Assembly: GCA_030390025.1 (NCBI GenBank)
Contig: CM059432.1
Location: 24,430,001-24,494,000 of the forward strand
Origin: Squalus acanthias
Lineage: Eukaryota
Length of the DNA stretch: 64,000 nt
Reading direction: 5' to 3'
Shown here: piece after piece, positions 36,377-49,805 of the stretch
Numbering within the stretch: position 1 is the stretch's first letter
Layout: every line of letters starts with the position of its first letter
Notes under the pieces: generated by a model
Database searches by the model: none
Seen by the model: the letters and a program-made list of their open reading frames with translations, nothing else
What the model was told of the DNA's origin: nothing
Translations under genes and position numbers: made by a program

Positions 36377-36496
36377 ATGTGGAGATGCCGGTGTTGGACT
36401 GGGGTGGACAAATGTGAGAAGTCGCACAACACCAGGTTATAGTCCAACAGCTTTATTTGAAATCACAAGCTTTTGGAGTGCTGCTCCTTCGTCAGG
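36377..36496 (-). mobile_element. Penelope-type short insert with degenerate hammerhead core
   Basis: Reverse strand CTGACGA-a-GGAG-cagca-CTCC-AAAAGCTT...AATAAA; 12-bp TSD ttatattctatg at 36365-36376 and 36497-36508. Confidence 0.7.
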
Positions 36497-38139
36497 TTAT
36501 ATTCTATGCCTCGGCTAATGATGGCAAGTATCCTATATGCCTTTTTAACCACCTTATCTAAATGTCCTGCTGCCTTCAGGGATCTATGTACATGCACACC
36601 AAGGTCCCTCTGATCCTCTGTCCTTCCTAGGGTCCTACCATTCATTGTGTATTCCCTTGCCTTGTTAGTCCTCCCAAAATGCATCACCTCACACTTTTCA
36701 GGGTTAAATTCCATTTGCCACTGTTCTGCCCACCTGACCAACCCGTCTATATCGTCCTGTAGCCTGAGGCTTCCCTCCTCGCTATTTACCAACCCACCAA
36801 TTTTCGTGTAATCTGCGAACTTACTGATCATACCTCCTACATTCATATCTAACTCATTAATGTACACTACAAACAGCAAAGGACCCAGCACCGTTCCCTG
36901 CGGTACACCACTGGACACAGGCTTCCAGTCACAAAAACAACCTTCGACCATCACCCTCTGCCTCCTGCCACTAAGCCAATTTTGGATCCAATGTGCCAAG
37001 TTGCCCTGGATCCCATGGGCTCTTACCTTCTTGACCAGTCTCCCATGCGGGACTTTGTCAAAAGCCTTACTGACGTCCATGTAGACCACATCAACTGCAT
37101 TACCTCATCCACACACCTAGTCACCCCCTCAAAAAATTCAATCAAATTGGTCAGACATGATCGCCCCCTGACAAAGCCATGCTGACTATCCTTGATTAAT
37201 CCTTGCCTCTCCAAGTGGAGACTAATTCTGTCCCTCAGAATTTTTTCCAATGATTTCCCTACCACTGATGTTAGGCTCTCTGGCCTGTAATTCCCTGGTT
37301 TATCCCTACTACCCTTCTTGAATAATGGTACTACGTTAGCTGTCCTCCAGTCCTCTGGCACCTCCCCTGTGGCCAGAGAGGTTCTGAAAATTTGTGTCAG
37401 AGCCCCTGCAATCTCCTCCCTTGCCTCACACAGCAGCCTGGGATACATCTCGTCTGTCCCTGGGGATTTATCCACTTTTAAGCCCTCTAAAACCACTAGT
37501 ACCTCCTCCCTCTCAATACTAATTTGTTCAAGTATATCACAATCCCCCTGTCTAATTTCTATGCCTACATCGTCCTTCTCCATAGTGAACACAGATGCAA
37601 AATATTCATTTAAAACCCCACCTACATCTTCTGGCTCTACGCACAGATTGCCACTTTGGTCCCTAATGGGCCCTACTCTTTCCCTGGTTATCCTCTTGCC
37701 CTTAATATACTTATAAAACACCTTGGGATGTTCCTTTATTTTGCCCGCCAGTGTTATTTCATATATCCTCTTTGCTCTCCTAATTTCTTTAAGTACCCCC
37801 CTGCACTTTCTATACTCCTCTTGGGCTTCCACTGTTTTTAGTCCTTTGTATCCGCCAAAAAACTCCCTTTTTTTTCCTAATCCATTGCAAGGGCTTCCAC
37901 CGTAAACATGTACAACTTGTGCGATCATCAACACTGCAATATGCAGGTCACTTTCCTGGCAGCTGCCCTGATTGCTTTTATATTACACCAACCCTTCATT
38001 GTTTTTCCACACACCCCCCACCATCCCCCCGCCCCCATTAACTCTTTGCCTATGCACAGCAATGGTAGTGTAGGTCATGTTGGTCATGCTGATTGTGTGA
38101 GCGTGTGAGTGAGAGAATTAAATCGAAAGAGAAAAGGAA

Positions 38140-39400
38140 GGGAAGCTGCCTAAACACCCTGCTGTGCATGGCCTCTAGCCTGACCAACTCTGATATTGTG
38201 AGCACTCTATCTGCCAATAATGTAGACAGCGGCCTCTTAGGAACATCAGAAAAAGCCTAGGCTATTCATCCCCTCAAGCCTGCTCTGCCATTCAATTAGA
38301 CCATGCTTGAACTCCATTTACCCAGTGGACCCAACTTCCTCAGCCCTTTGGGGGAGAGAGTTCCAGATTTCCACTACCCTTTATGTGAAAACGTGCTTCT
38401 TGATTTCATTCCTAAATGGCCTCACTCTAATTTTAAGACAATTCTCCCTTATTCATATTCCCCACCAGAGGAAATAGTTTCCCTGTATATATCCTTTTGA
38501 ATTCCTTTATTATTTTAAAGGCCTTGATTAGATCAACCCTCAACCTTCTAAACTCCTGGGATTACAAACCAAGTTTATGCAACCTGTCCTCATAATTTAA
38601 CCCCATTAAACCCTGATCTCATTCTGGGGTATCTGTTCTGTACAGGCCAATATATCACTCCTGCGGTGCAGTGCACAAACCTAACTGCAGTACTCCAGAT
38701 GGGGTCTGACCAAGGCTCTATAAAACTGAAGTATCACTTCCTCACTTTTGTATTCCAACCACCTTGAGATAAAGGCCAACAGTCTATTAGCCTTTGGTCT
38801 TCCATTGGTGCCAGTATCTGTAGGGTGGTAGGACTTTCTGCTGTTCTGGTGCTCTCATGTTGAGTGCTGATTTCTCCTGCAAGAAATGTGGAAATGGATT
38901 AATATGTATCCAGCTTAAGGAGTTTCAAGATGTATGAAGCAGCTTAGCATATTTTGCTTGATGACAGAAAGAAGTAGCAAGTGTGGCCAAGAGGGCGAAG
39001 TAGCTGTGAAGGCAGTGGCAAGTTTGAGGATGTGAGTGCAAGCAGAAAGGAGGTACAGTGAAGATTTCCATGTTGACTTCAGGACAGCCATGGTAAGTAG
39101 GGAAGGGAAGGATTGATAGTGCTGAGGCTAAAGTAGAGTCCTGCAGGATTGTGCAGAGTACCAGAGATGTGAAGGGGAGTCTTACGTTAACAGTCCTGGT
39201 CAGGTCATTAAACTTTTTCCTGCAGTGCAGCCAGGTCCTAGGGAAACAATGCTGGTGATTGACATTTTCTACCACCTCTCTCCATGCTTGTTGACTAATT
39301 AGTCTTGGCACCCATTGCCCATCAAAGCGAAGAGGACCTTCTTCCTGCTGCTCACTTGGTCAATCAGCACCTCCACAAATCTCTAGTTATTAATATTTTC
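38140..39400 (-). pseudogene. Myb/SANT-like remnant of old Harbinger J
   Basis: AWREVVENVN...RTWLHCRKKFNDLTR|GT; exon 2 acceptor near 38878; exon 2 split by CR1. Confidence 0.8.
38236..38795 (-). mobile_element. Older CR1 3' fragment
   Basis: Homologous to other CR1 3' ends (LVRPHLEYC region and UTR). Confidence 0.8.
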
Positions 39401-39410
39401 CAGTGATATT

Positions 39411-40937
39411 GGGCTCGATTTTAATAGCCCTGAGGAGGCGGGTTTAGAGGCGGGTCAGCAGAGAAAATCAGAAAAAATGGCTTCAGACTACCAACCCGCC
39501 TCCATCCCGCCCCCACCCGATTTTCATGAGTGTCAGGTCAACCGCTCCCAAACTGACCCGACTAGAACCGGTGGGACAGGGAGTTAAGACGGGCTGTTAA
39601 CTGCCTTGCTAATCCTATTTTTATAGTGGTTTCCCATTTTCGTGCTTCTGGCTCCTGTTTCTCATCTTGTCAGAAACACGCCAGCTGTAAGGAGATGAGT
39701 TGCTGGAGGACATGATTTGTAGTCATTGGTGCAGCACTTTAAAAGCACCCCTGTAACATGGCTGACATTCAAATGCAACAACTTTGTTTTTGGAGGTTTG
39801 GGGTAAGATTTTGCAAATCTGCTGACCTTGTGACTGTTCAAGCTGACACCCATCTGCATTGTTACCTGATTGGAATAATTTCAGGTCACTTTCAGGCTTC
39901 TTGCCTCAACTGAAATCTATAGCAACTTTATGGGAACCATTTACATCTTCTCATCCTGGTCGTCAGATTCGGAGGAAGAGCAGCCGTGGCAGCACCACAA
40001 CCAGCCACAACAGCAGCACCAGCACCAGGAGTGCCAACCTCCTCCTCACCCACTTGATGCTGCACTCTACACAGGGCATCAGCCCCTGATAAAATTGCTG
40101 CCCGGGAGGCCAGCAATGGCATCACCATGGCCAGATTTTCGTCACTTGATGCTGTAAACCCTGGTTGCCACATGATGCGCCAGGTTGACACCATCCCACA
40201 CCAGCACCGTGAAGCTTCCTTTTAATGTCCAAGCCATTCCATGCACACACATCACTATAGCGGGGGTGGGGGGGGAGTTATGACTGAACAATCACTGTAA
40301 CTCAGTAAGACACTTCTCAATGTGCACTCAGATCTGTCCAATAAGGGGCACTTTTGGAAAAAGATATTACACTGTATGACAACACATTACCAAAAACTTC
40401 ACATGGACATTGGCTAAACCTCTCAAGTGCCTACCCTTGTGTCTTGTTAGTTGGTATGCTTGCAGTAGGATGAGGGTGAGTGTGAGGGGTGGCTAGTGAG
40501 ATGGGGAAGTGATAAAGCAGATAGAGAGGGTTGGGTGGAGGTGCAAGGTAACTTGGTCTCCTGGGGAGGTCTCTTCCGCCCTTGGAATGGAAGAGAACCT
40601 CCCTGCATGCTGTGACTCCCTCCATAAGCATATAAGCATATAGAGGGAGTCATTGGAGAGCCTGGGTGAAAATGTTCACCTTTGTGCAGTGATTGTCAGT
40701 GTTTTCAGCACCTCAATGCTGTCAAACACTGACAGATCAACTGTCAAAATAAAATTGTGCATGGTCTCTTTAAGAAAACCAGCAGATGACGCGTCATCAA
40801 ATGACGTCATCAGACCCGCTTCCAAGGCCAATCAAGGGAAAATCACGTCTGCAGAACAGAGGCAGCTGGGGGCGGGACCGGAACCTGGAAACCAGCTGAC
40901 CCGCCCCCATCCCGCCTCCAGAATTAAATTCGCGGCC
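39411..40937. mobile_element. Harbinger deletion derivative M retaining the 5' ends of both genes
   Basis: Ends GGGCTCGATTT and AAATTCGCGGCC; TSD ATT/CTT. MGTIYIFSSWSSDSEEEQP (39930, +) resembles the E transposase start; MEGVTACREVLF (-) is the Myb start. Confidence 0.8.
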
Positions 40938-41909
40938 CTTGTCTCCAAGCTCAGTTTGCTGTTTGAGTGCTAGCACCTCCATGTACTCTGGGAATATAGT
41001 TGATAGATCTACCGATGAGACCTCCTTTCTTAAACAATAAGCACCGTGTAAAACTGTTCAGTGTTATTTTCTCCAATTCCTTCTGTGTTCTCAAGGCACT
41101 GACAGAAGTTTTGAATTATTGAGTTGAGTTTTGACTGTCTGTTGAAGTGAATTTAGATTTTTAGATGACCCTCTGTGATACTTAGTTGAATATTTCTAAG
41201 TTGATTATAATACAATATAATTATTTCCCTTGGATTTCTAGGTGCTTTTCAGAAATCATGCAGGGAGTTAAAAGAAAAATCTGTTGCATAGTATGTCTTC
41301 CTGTTCTGAAACCAACTCAGTCTTTTGCCATCTGCTCCTTTCTGCAAAGATTGAGCTGGCTTCTTATTTCCAGCATGATCCTGCTAGAGTGACAGATGAG
41401 GTCAGTGGTACTTTAGTTCTCACATTTAGTGATAGCTTCCTTGCTGTGTATAACAACACTCGTCCAAACCTTAGGGACATTGCCAGTGTTCCATGTCTCT
41501 CTACAGATGGTGTTCATGCTCCCTACTGGCATGCTTCTGTTGTGTTTGAACAGTAGATTGGGCTTTTCATCTACAGTGGGTGCTTGTCTACTCACAGTAG
41601 TGACAAAGTTGTCAATCAGTTAATGGAGGTCCCCTCCTGTATCCCCTCACTGGAAGCGAGTGATTTGCTTTATACCCACAAATGTGTACTTCAACTCTGA
41701 AAAGGGATACAAGTAGAATTTCCATGTAATTTCAGCAGAAACCCATCAGAAATGGCTTAAAGGCCATTTACACCATTTCGTAGAAAACATGGAAGTTATA
41801 ACACGGAAACAAGCCATGGGAACTGACCAGTCCACATCGGCCTTCACGCTCCACATCAGCACGTAGTTTTAATCACATCTGCCTACCCTGCTCCCATGTC
41901 CCTTAAGAA

Positions 41910-42336
41910 ACCTAGAAACCCCTTTTCCTACCTCAGCTCATCTGCTGCTGAAATCCTCATCCATGCCTTTGTTACCTCGAGACTTGAGTACTCCAATGGT
42001 CTCCTGGGCGGCCTCCCATCTTCCACCAGTCCTACAACCCTTTGAGATCTCTGTGCTTCTCCAATTCTGACCACTTGTGCATCCCTGATTTTACGTGATC
42101 CACCATTGGCGGCGTGTCTTCAGCTGTCTAGGCCCTAAGCTCGGAATTCCCTCCCTAAGCCTCTCCTCCTCTCTACCTCTCTCTCCTCCTTTAGGATGCT
42201 CCTTAAAACCTACCTGTTAGCTGTCCTAATAATTCCTAATGTGCTCGGTGTCAAATTTTGTTTGACAACGCTCCTGTGAAGCGCCTTGGGACGCTTTACA
42301 ACGTTAAAGGCGCTATATAAATGCAAGTTGTTGTTG
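41910..42336 (+). mobile_element. L2-type LINE 3' fragment
   Basis: AEILIHAFVTSRLEYSNGLL; tail aaaggcgctatataaatgcaagttgttgttg. Confidence 0.85.
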
Positions 42337-44334
42337 AGTCCATGCCTACAGGGGAGGAGTGGAGAAAATGGGTGGGATGGGAGCAAGAAGGCTGTACAAT
42401 CTGAATTTTATAGCGCAGATTATGTCTAGAAGTTCGGACTGTTACACCTCAATCATTCTCTTTCAGCAGCTGATCATTCTGCTATGCATTCCCGGTGGTT
42501 CCTACTTTTATTTCAGATTTCTGGTGTTTGTGTTTTTTGCTTTTTATTTATAGAACCTGACTGTTTGTCCCCTGTTGATGCTGTATTATGATTTTTCATG
42601 GTTCAGTCTGAGTCTGTTTGTTCATCCTTAATTGAGACTCAAACCACGACTACAAGCCAGACACTGCCATTCAGTATCACTGGGTCCTTTATCAATATTG
42701 TATTAAAAAGAAAGAAAACATATCCCTCCATCCTGGAAAGATACAATTCAGAAAAAAAGTTAAATAAAAGTAACATGGTTTTCAGTGTTCTTCTCATTTG
42801 TTGGTGATATTACCTGACTACAGGGAGCAAGGTTATTAGTGAGCATTTATTAAGAGTAATATGGGCAATCTGCAATGGGATTGCACACAATGAAACAGCC
42901 AAGATTTCATTCCGTTATATAAATTAAGGACTAAAAATGACCGAATGCCACTGCAGGAAGGCAAGTGAACAGTAAATGAGAGAAGGGGTTGCAGTAAATT
43001 TTTTAGCGTTGATCTTTACTATGATTAAAATGTCCTTTGCAAATTCTGCAATATTTTGACACAATATTCACCTTCCAGCTGAATTTTCCCTCTTTTTGAT
43101 AGGCTTTACAGTTCAATTGGAGCAGCATTAAAATGTGTTACATAATGTGTCCCTGGAATATAATCCTTTCTCTTTTATTATTCAAGCGATTTGGTTGACA
43201 TTTTAATACCTGTATATTCATTATTGAAATATCCCCAAGGGCTTGTTGGGGAGAGCAAATCTTGACCGTTATCAATTTCTGCTGGCATTAGCAACATTAA
43301 TACCTGAAGCCTTTGAACTGGCTGATACATAAAGGGCAGAATGCAGGCTGGGATGGGTTACATATGGGATAACAAATAACATAGTGCCAGAAACACTCCA
43401 TTTATGTTACAGGACTGCTTTTGCGATACTAGTTTGGTCTCAATGCTTTGAAAATTGACTCGTTTACATTGTGGGGTGGAATTCAGAGCCCCAGACAGTA
43501 CTGGGAGACAATGGCGCAAATACAAGTTGCAATGAGACTTTACCTTTCTGCCCATGAACCATCCCCGATGCTGAAGGTTGCGGGGTGTGGCGGGGGGTGG
43601 GGGGGGGGTGGCGGTGGGGGCAGGAAGGAAATGCATTGTGAAAAAACCAGATTGCTTTCCCTTTACAGGCAAACTGAGATCTCAGCGCACAAAGTAATCT
43701 CAGAACGCAGCATCCATTGCAGAGGATTCTCTGAAAGTCACAGCTTGGAGTGATTCTTGGTTCCTCTGGCAGCAGTAATTCTGTCTTGTTTATAGTAGAC
43801 CATGGCGATAGAAGTCGAGGCAGTGATAGAATGAAGGTATAAGATGATACATAGGTTGGAACATGTTACATATAGCACATAATCTTGGGTGAGCCACAAA
43901 GTATTAAAGGGTCAAGATGATGTTTGTCAACCACAGAAGCGTGAGCTTTTTGTCAATATCCCCTTAACCCTGAGGTGTGTTATTGCTTTGAAATACTGTA
44001 CTGCTTATGTTATGCTTTATAACATCTCGAGGTTTTATCTTTTCTCGGCATCAAAATGAACAGGGATAAGCCCTCGGTGGAAATAAGCCCATAATTGCCT
44101 GATCAAAGAGATCTTTCAAACAGACAGAATCATGTGATTCAGATCAATCTAATACAGTGCCACGTGAGCACTGGATACCCTCCAGCACCTTGCTGAGTGA
44201 TTCTTGATAATGAGTATCGGCAGGCCATGGGGGACTTTCCCCATTTGACATCCAACAAGTGCTTTCAGCAGAGGTCATAAGTTAGCAATCAGGAGTGGGA
44301 ACAATGACTATTTCTTCCATCGTTAATCCAGAGT

Positions 44335-44690
44335 GCAAACATAAATTACAAACATACAAAAAGGGACAGGAAAAGGCCAACTATTCCGTCCACTCTGTCC
44401 CACCTATGATGCAGCCTATATGTACCATCAACCCTGCCCTCCCTCACAATCTCCTGAGAGAGGCAAAAATATCAAGGAAAAAAATCCTGGGAAATTCTTC
44501 TCCGATCCCTAAAGACTATGAAGGAAGCTCTAGGAGGTTATAGTAATAATAATTACATAGAAATAATTACAACTACCCTTCATCTACCTTCTATTATTTG
44601 AGAGGTTCTCGACTCTCAGGACGTCATCCAGCTCTCTTTTGAAGAATTGTGGTGAATCCATGTTTGCTGTATGTTTTGTAACACCCTTCT
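44335..44690 (-). mobile_element. Old CR1-like 3' end
   Basis: FKRELDDVL on the reverse strand and a tail-like repeat near 44335-44375. Confidence 0.45.
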
Positions 44691-44987
44691 GCCGTTCTGG
44701 CTGGGAACAGCTAACTCAACTGCACAGAGCGGGATTAAACGGAGTGGACTTGAACAGAGTGCTTTGGTTGGGAATTTGGAAAGAGTGGGAATTTGGAGAA
44801 GAGAGGGAAGGAGTTGTTGCTTTTTGCCTACACTACTTGTAGTGCTTTGTGTTACAGGTAGATATTTAATTTCAGTACCCTTAACTTAATCTAGATCAAG
44901 TACGTAGTCAGGAAACTACACTGTAAACTAAGTTACCTAATTACAAATTTAATGAAATTGAATTAAATAAATCAAGGTCATATAGGG

Positions 44988-46144
44988 ATGGAAGTGCAGG
45001 CAGTGTGCTGCAACTGCAGCATGTGGGAGTTTGTGGAGAGCATTGTGATCCTGGACAACCACGTTTGCAGTAAGTGCCTGCATCTTGAGGAATTTCAGCT
45101 CAGAGTTTTTTGAGCTGGAGTCTGAGGTGCAGACATTGCGGGGCATCAGGGATGGGGAGAGTTACCTAAACACTTTGATCCAGCAGGCAGTAACACCCCT
45201 TAGGTTAGGTAGTGGTACAGGTCTGGTTAGTGGTCAGGGACAGGAGGGTGTGACTGCAACTCAGGCAGGTAAGGGGACCCCAGGTGCAGTGCTGGAGGAG
45301 CCTTGGCCTTTGCCCTTGTCCAACAGGTATGAGGTTCTTGTTGCCTGTGTGGATGAGGGAAAAGCCTGTAGGATGGATGAGCAGGCTAACCATGGCACCA
45401 TGGTGCAGGAGGCCATTCAAGTGGGGAAAGAAAGAAAGAAAGAAAGAAAGACTTGCATTTATATAGAGCCTTTCATGACCACAGGACGTCTCAAAGCGCT
45501 TTACAGCCAATGAAGTACTATTTAAAGTGGAGTCACTGTCGTAATGTGGGAAACGCGGCAGCCAATTTGCGCACAGCAAGGTCCCACACACAGCAATGTG
45601 ATAATGACCAGATAATCTGTTTTTGTTATGTTGGTTGAGGGATAAATATTGGCCAGGACACCGGGGATATGTAGTTGTGGTAGGGGACAGTATAGTAAGG
45701 GGGATAGATACTGTTCTCTGCAGCCGTGACCGAGAGTTCTGAAGGTTGTGTTGCCTGCCCGGTGCCAAGGTTAAAGACATCTCCTCGCGGCTGGAGAAGA
45801 ACTTGGAGTAGGAGGGGTAGGATCCAGTTGTCATGGTCCACGTAGGAACCAACGACATAGGTAGAACTAAGAATGAGGTACTGTTGAGGGAGTTTGAGGA
45901 GCTAGGATCCAAATTAAAAAGCAGAACCTCAAAGGTAATAATATCTGGATTCTTACCTGAGCCACACGCAAATTGGCATAGGGACAAACAGATTAGAGGT
46001 TTAAATGCATGGCTCAAAGAGTGGTGTGGGAGGAAGGGGTTTCGGTTCATAGGGCACTGGAACCATTACTGGAGAAAGAGGGAGCTGTTCCGTTGGGACG
46101 GGCTCCACTTAAACCGAACTGGGACCAGTGTCCTGGCTAACTGA
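44988..46144 (+). pseudogene. CR1 ORF1: Cys zinc finger, coiled coil, SGNH/GDSL esterase-like domain
   Basis: CCNCSMWE...CSKC; VVVGDSIVR; CLPGAK; VHVGTNDI; DGLHLN. Confidence 0.85.
45428..45667 (-). mobile_element. DeuSINE 3' half inserted in CR1 ORF1
   Basis: Reverse complement of 21520-21742 with an (AAAG)n tail. Confidence 0.9.
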
Positions 46145-46359
46145 GTAATGATGGCAGTAGACAGGACTTGAAACTAATGAAAGGGGGGCGGGAGGATTCA
46201 GGAAAGAGTAAATTTAAAAGCAGTGAGAGAAATGTCAAGGCTCTAGAGCAAAGTAGAGTTTTGGGTAAAAATAAACAGAGTGGGTCAGGAAGGGACAGAG
46301 AGCGTAACAAAGGTAATAAGGCATCAGTGACTAAGGTGACATCAGGGAAAAAGAGAAAT

Positions 46360-49190
46360 AAGTCAAAGCTAAAGACACTATATCTGAATGCGCAAAGCAT
46401 TCACAACAAAATAGATGAATTAATAGCGCAGATAGAAATTAACAGGTTTGATCTAATAGCCATAACGGAGACATGGTTGCAAAGTGACCAAGGTTGGGAA
46501 CTAAATATTCCAAGATACATAATTTTTAGAAGGGATAGGGAAAATAGAAAAGGAGGAGGGGTAGCCCTGATAATAAAGGATGGGATAAAGACAGTAGAGA
46601 GAAAGGATCTTAGCTCTGAAAATAAAGAAGTAGAATCAGTTTGGGTGGAGCTAAGAAACAGCAAGGGGCAGAAACATTGTTGGAAGTTGTTTATAGGCCC
46701 CCAAACAATAGTTGTAATTTAGGGCAGAGTATAAATGAGAAAATTAGAGGCGCATGTAACAAGGGTAATGCAGTAATCCTGGGGGACTTTAATCTATATA
46801 TAGATTGGGCAAACCAAATTTGCAGTAATAGTGCAGAGGACGAATTCATGGAATGTATACAAGATAGTTTCTAGATCAGTATGCTGAGGAACCAACAAGG
46901 GAACAGGCTATTTTAGATCTAGTATTGTGCAATGAGAAATGGTTAATTAATAACCTTGTAGTGAAGGGGCCTTTAGGGAAGAGTGACCATAATATGATGG
47001 AATTTTAAATTGAGTTTGAAAGTGACTTTGTTAAATCTGAAACTAGGGTCTTAAATCTAAACAAAGCAAATTACGTTTGTCTGAGGGGCGAGTTGGCTAA
47101 GGTAGATTGGGAAACTACATTAAAAGGTATGACAGTGGACGAGCAATGGCTTGCATTTAAAGAATTAATACATAATTTACAACAAATATACATTCCTTTA
47201 AGGCACAAAAACCCCACAGGAAAAGTGGACCAACCGTGGCTAACAAGAGAAGTTAAAGATAGAATTAGCTCAAAGGAAGAGGCTTATAATGCTGCCAAAA
47301 AGAATAGTAAGCCTGAGGATTGGGAGGATTTTAGAATTCAGCAAAGGAGGACCAAGAAATTGATAAAGAAAGGGAAAATAAAATATGAGAGCAAACTAGT
47401 GAGAGACATAAAAACAGACTGTAAAAGCTTCTATAGGTATATAAAAGGAAAAGATTAGCAAAAGTAAATGTGGGTCCCTAACAGGCTGAGACAGAAGAAA
47501 TTATAATGGGGAATAAGAAAATGGCAGAGAAATTAAACAAATACCTGTGTCTGTCTTCATGGAAGAAGACGCAAAAAACTTCCCGGAGATAATGGACACC
47601 CAAGGGTCTAACGAGAATGAGGAACTGAAAGATATTAGTATTAGTAAAGAAGTAGTACTAGCGAAATTAATGGACTGAAAGCCGATAAATCCCCTGGAGC
47701 TGATGGCCTACATCCTAGGGTTTTGAAAGAGTTGGCTATAGAGATAATGGATGCATTAGTTGTCATATTCCAAAATTCCATAGATTCTAGAACGGTTCCC
47801 ATGGATTGGAAGGAAGCAAATGTAACCCCACTATTTAAGAAAGGAGGGAGAGAAAACGGGGAACTACAGACCAGTTAGCCTGACATCAGTGGTAGGGAAA
47901 ATGCTAGAATCTATTATTAAGGACGTGGTAACAGGGCACTTAGAAAATAATAATAGGATTGGGCAGAGTCAACACGGATTTGTGAAAGGGAAATTGTGTT
48001 TGACGAATCTCTTAGAGTTTTTTGAGGTTGTAACTAGCAGTATAGATAAGGGGGAACCAGTGGATGTGGTGTATTTGGATTTTCAGAAGGCATTCGATAA
48101 GGTGCCACACAAGAGGTTATTAAACAAACTTAGGGCTCATGGGATTGGGGGTAATATAGAGATAATGGATGCATTGGTTGTCATGGATTGAGAATTGGTT
48201 AACAGACTGAAAACAGAGAGTAGGAATAGACGGGTCATTTTCGTGTTGGCAGGCTGTAACTAGTGGGGTACCGCAAGGATCAGTGCTTGGGCCTCAGCTA
48301 TTCACAATCTACATCAATGATTTGGATGTGGGGACCAAATGTAATATATCCAAGTTTGCTGATGATAAAAAGCTGGGTGGGAATGTAAGCTGTGAGGAGG
48401 ATGCAAGGAGGCTTCAAGGGGATATAGACGGGCTAAGTGAATGGGCAAGAACATGGCAAATGGAATATAATGTGGAGAAATGTGAAGTTATCCACTTTGG
48501 TAAGAAAAACAGAAAAGCAGAATATTTTTTAAACGGTGAGAGATTGGGAAATGTTGGTGTTCAGAGGGACCTGGGTGTCCTTGTACATGAATCACTGAAA
48601 GTTAACATGCAGGTACAGCAAGCAATTAGGAAAGCAAATGGTATGTTGGCCTTTATTACAAGAGGATTTGATATAGGAGTAAAGATGTCTTATTGCAATT
48701 AAATAGGGCCCTGGCGAGACCACACCTGGAGTATTGTGTACAGTTTTGGTCTCCTTACCTAAGGAAGGATAAACTTGCCATAGAGGGAGTGCAACGAAGG
48801 TTCACCAGACTGGTTCCTGGGATGGGGGTATTGTGCTATGAAGAGAGATTGAGTAGACTAGGCCTATATTCTCTAGAGTTTAGAAGAATGAGAGGTGATC
48901 TCATTGAAACATACACAATTCTTACAGGACATGACAGGGTAGATGCAGGGAGGATGTTTCCCCTGGCTGGGGAGTCTAGAACCAGGGGTCACAGTCTCAG
49001 AATAAGGGGTCGGCCATTTAGGACTGAGATGAGGAGAAATCTCTTCACTCAGAGGGTGGTGAATCTTTGGAATTCTCTACCCCAGAGGGCTGTGGAGGTT
49101 CAGTCGTTGAGTACATTCAAGACAGAGATCGATAGTTTTTTGAATATTAAGGGAATCAAGTGATATGGGGATAGTGCAGGAAAGTGGAGA
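46360..49190 (+). pseudogene. CR1 ORF2 (APE endonuclease + reverse transcriptase), many lesions
   Basis: LYLNAQSI, AITETWL, YRPPN, LGDFN, SDH, LDFQKAFD, FADD. Confidence 0.92.
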
Positions 49191-49805
49191 TGAGGTAGAA
49201 GATCAGCCATGATCTTATTGAATGGCAGAGCAGGCTCGATGGGCCGAATGGCCTACTCCTGCTCCTATTTCTTAAGTTCTTAACACAGACTAAACATTGA
49301 ATCTGGAACCTTCCTGGTCTGGAACATTATTTTTCCCCACAGCACATGTGCAGCACTAAAGGGAGTGGTTTAAATTTTGTACCAGGTCTGGTACACCAGT
49401 GTCCAGAGCTACTTTACAATGTTTGGCCTCACCGCCAGCATACTCTTCAGGGATGAGGTTTGTAAATATTACTTAATAAATCACGGCTTAAATTGTACCA
49501 AATGGATTTAGCTCCATTATATTCACTGTATCCCTCTCAGAGCCTTTAGACATACTGATAATTCATGACTGTGTGCAATCTTGGCCTGAAGTTCACTCTA
49601 ATTCAACACAGAGGTCCAGAACTGCCTGTGTGTGTTTTTTTAAATTACCTTTATATGACCTGTATATCTGGCGCATTTAGAAAACTAACTCAAGTCCCAA
49701 AGATCATCCCTTGAGGTGGTCTGTCATATTTCAGGAATTTTTCTACTTTTTCTCCAGAAAGGAATTGGAAAAAGAGTTACTTTCAATGGTGTGTGTAAAA
49801 GCATA

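Larger units (their letters stand above)
31826..37884 (-). mobile_element. CR1 LINE (about 1.8 kb) whose 3' tail carries Harbinger L
   Basis: RT ORFs 36463-37089 and 37023-37934. The (ATAGAGTC)n tail is split at 31836/35983, and there is an internal deletion near 36217. Confidence 0.9.
30735..37970 (+). pseudogene. Old Harbinger J transposase in three pieces (30735-30815, 31439-31825, 37884-37970)
   Basis: YRARTTYLQF / ELCHLLQ...NFFATGSFQ...PTAFMN / CKGFH...CDHQ...FPGSC are collinear once the insertions are removed. Confidence 0.8.
44700..49283 (+). mobile_element. Near full-length CR1 LINE (5' UTR, ORF1, ORF2, tail), decayed
   Basis: ORF1, APE endonuclease and RT in order; CR1 tail at 49200-49283. 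Confidence 0.92.

Noticed and set aside
41284..41556. Possible host exon (90-aa ORF); likewise 52203-52463
   Set aside because: No recognisable motif and no convincing splice-site pair; cannot be supported without a search.
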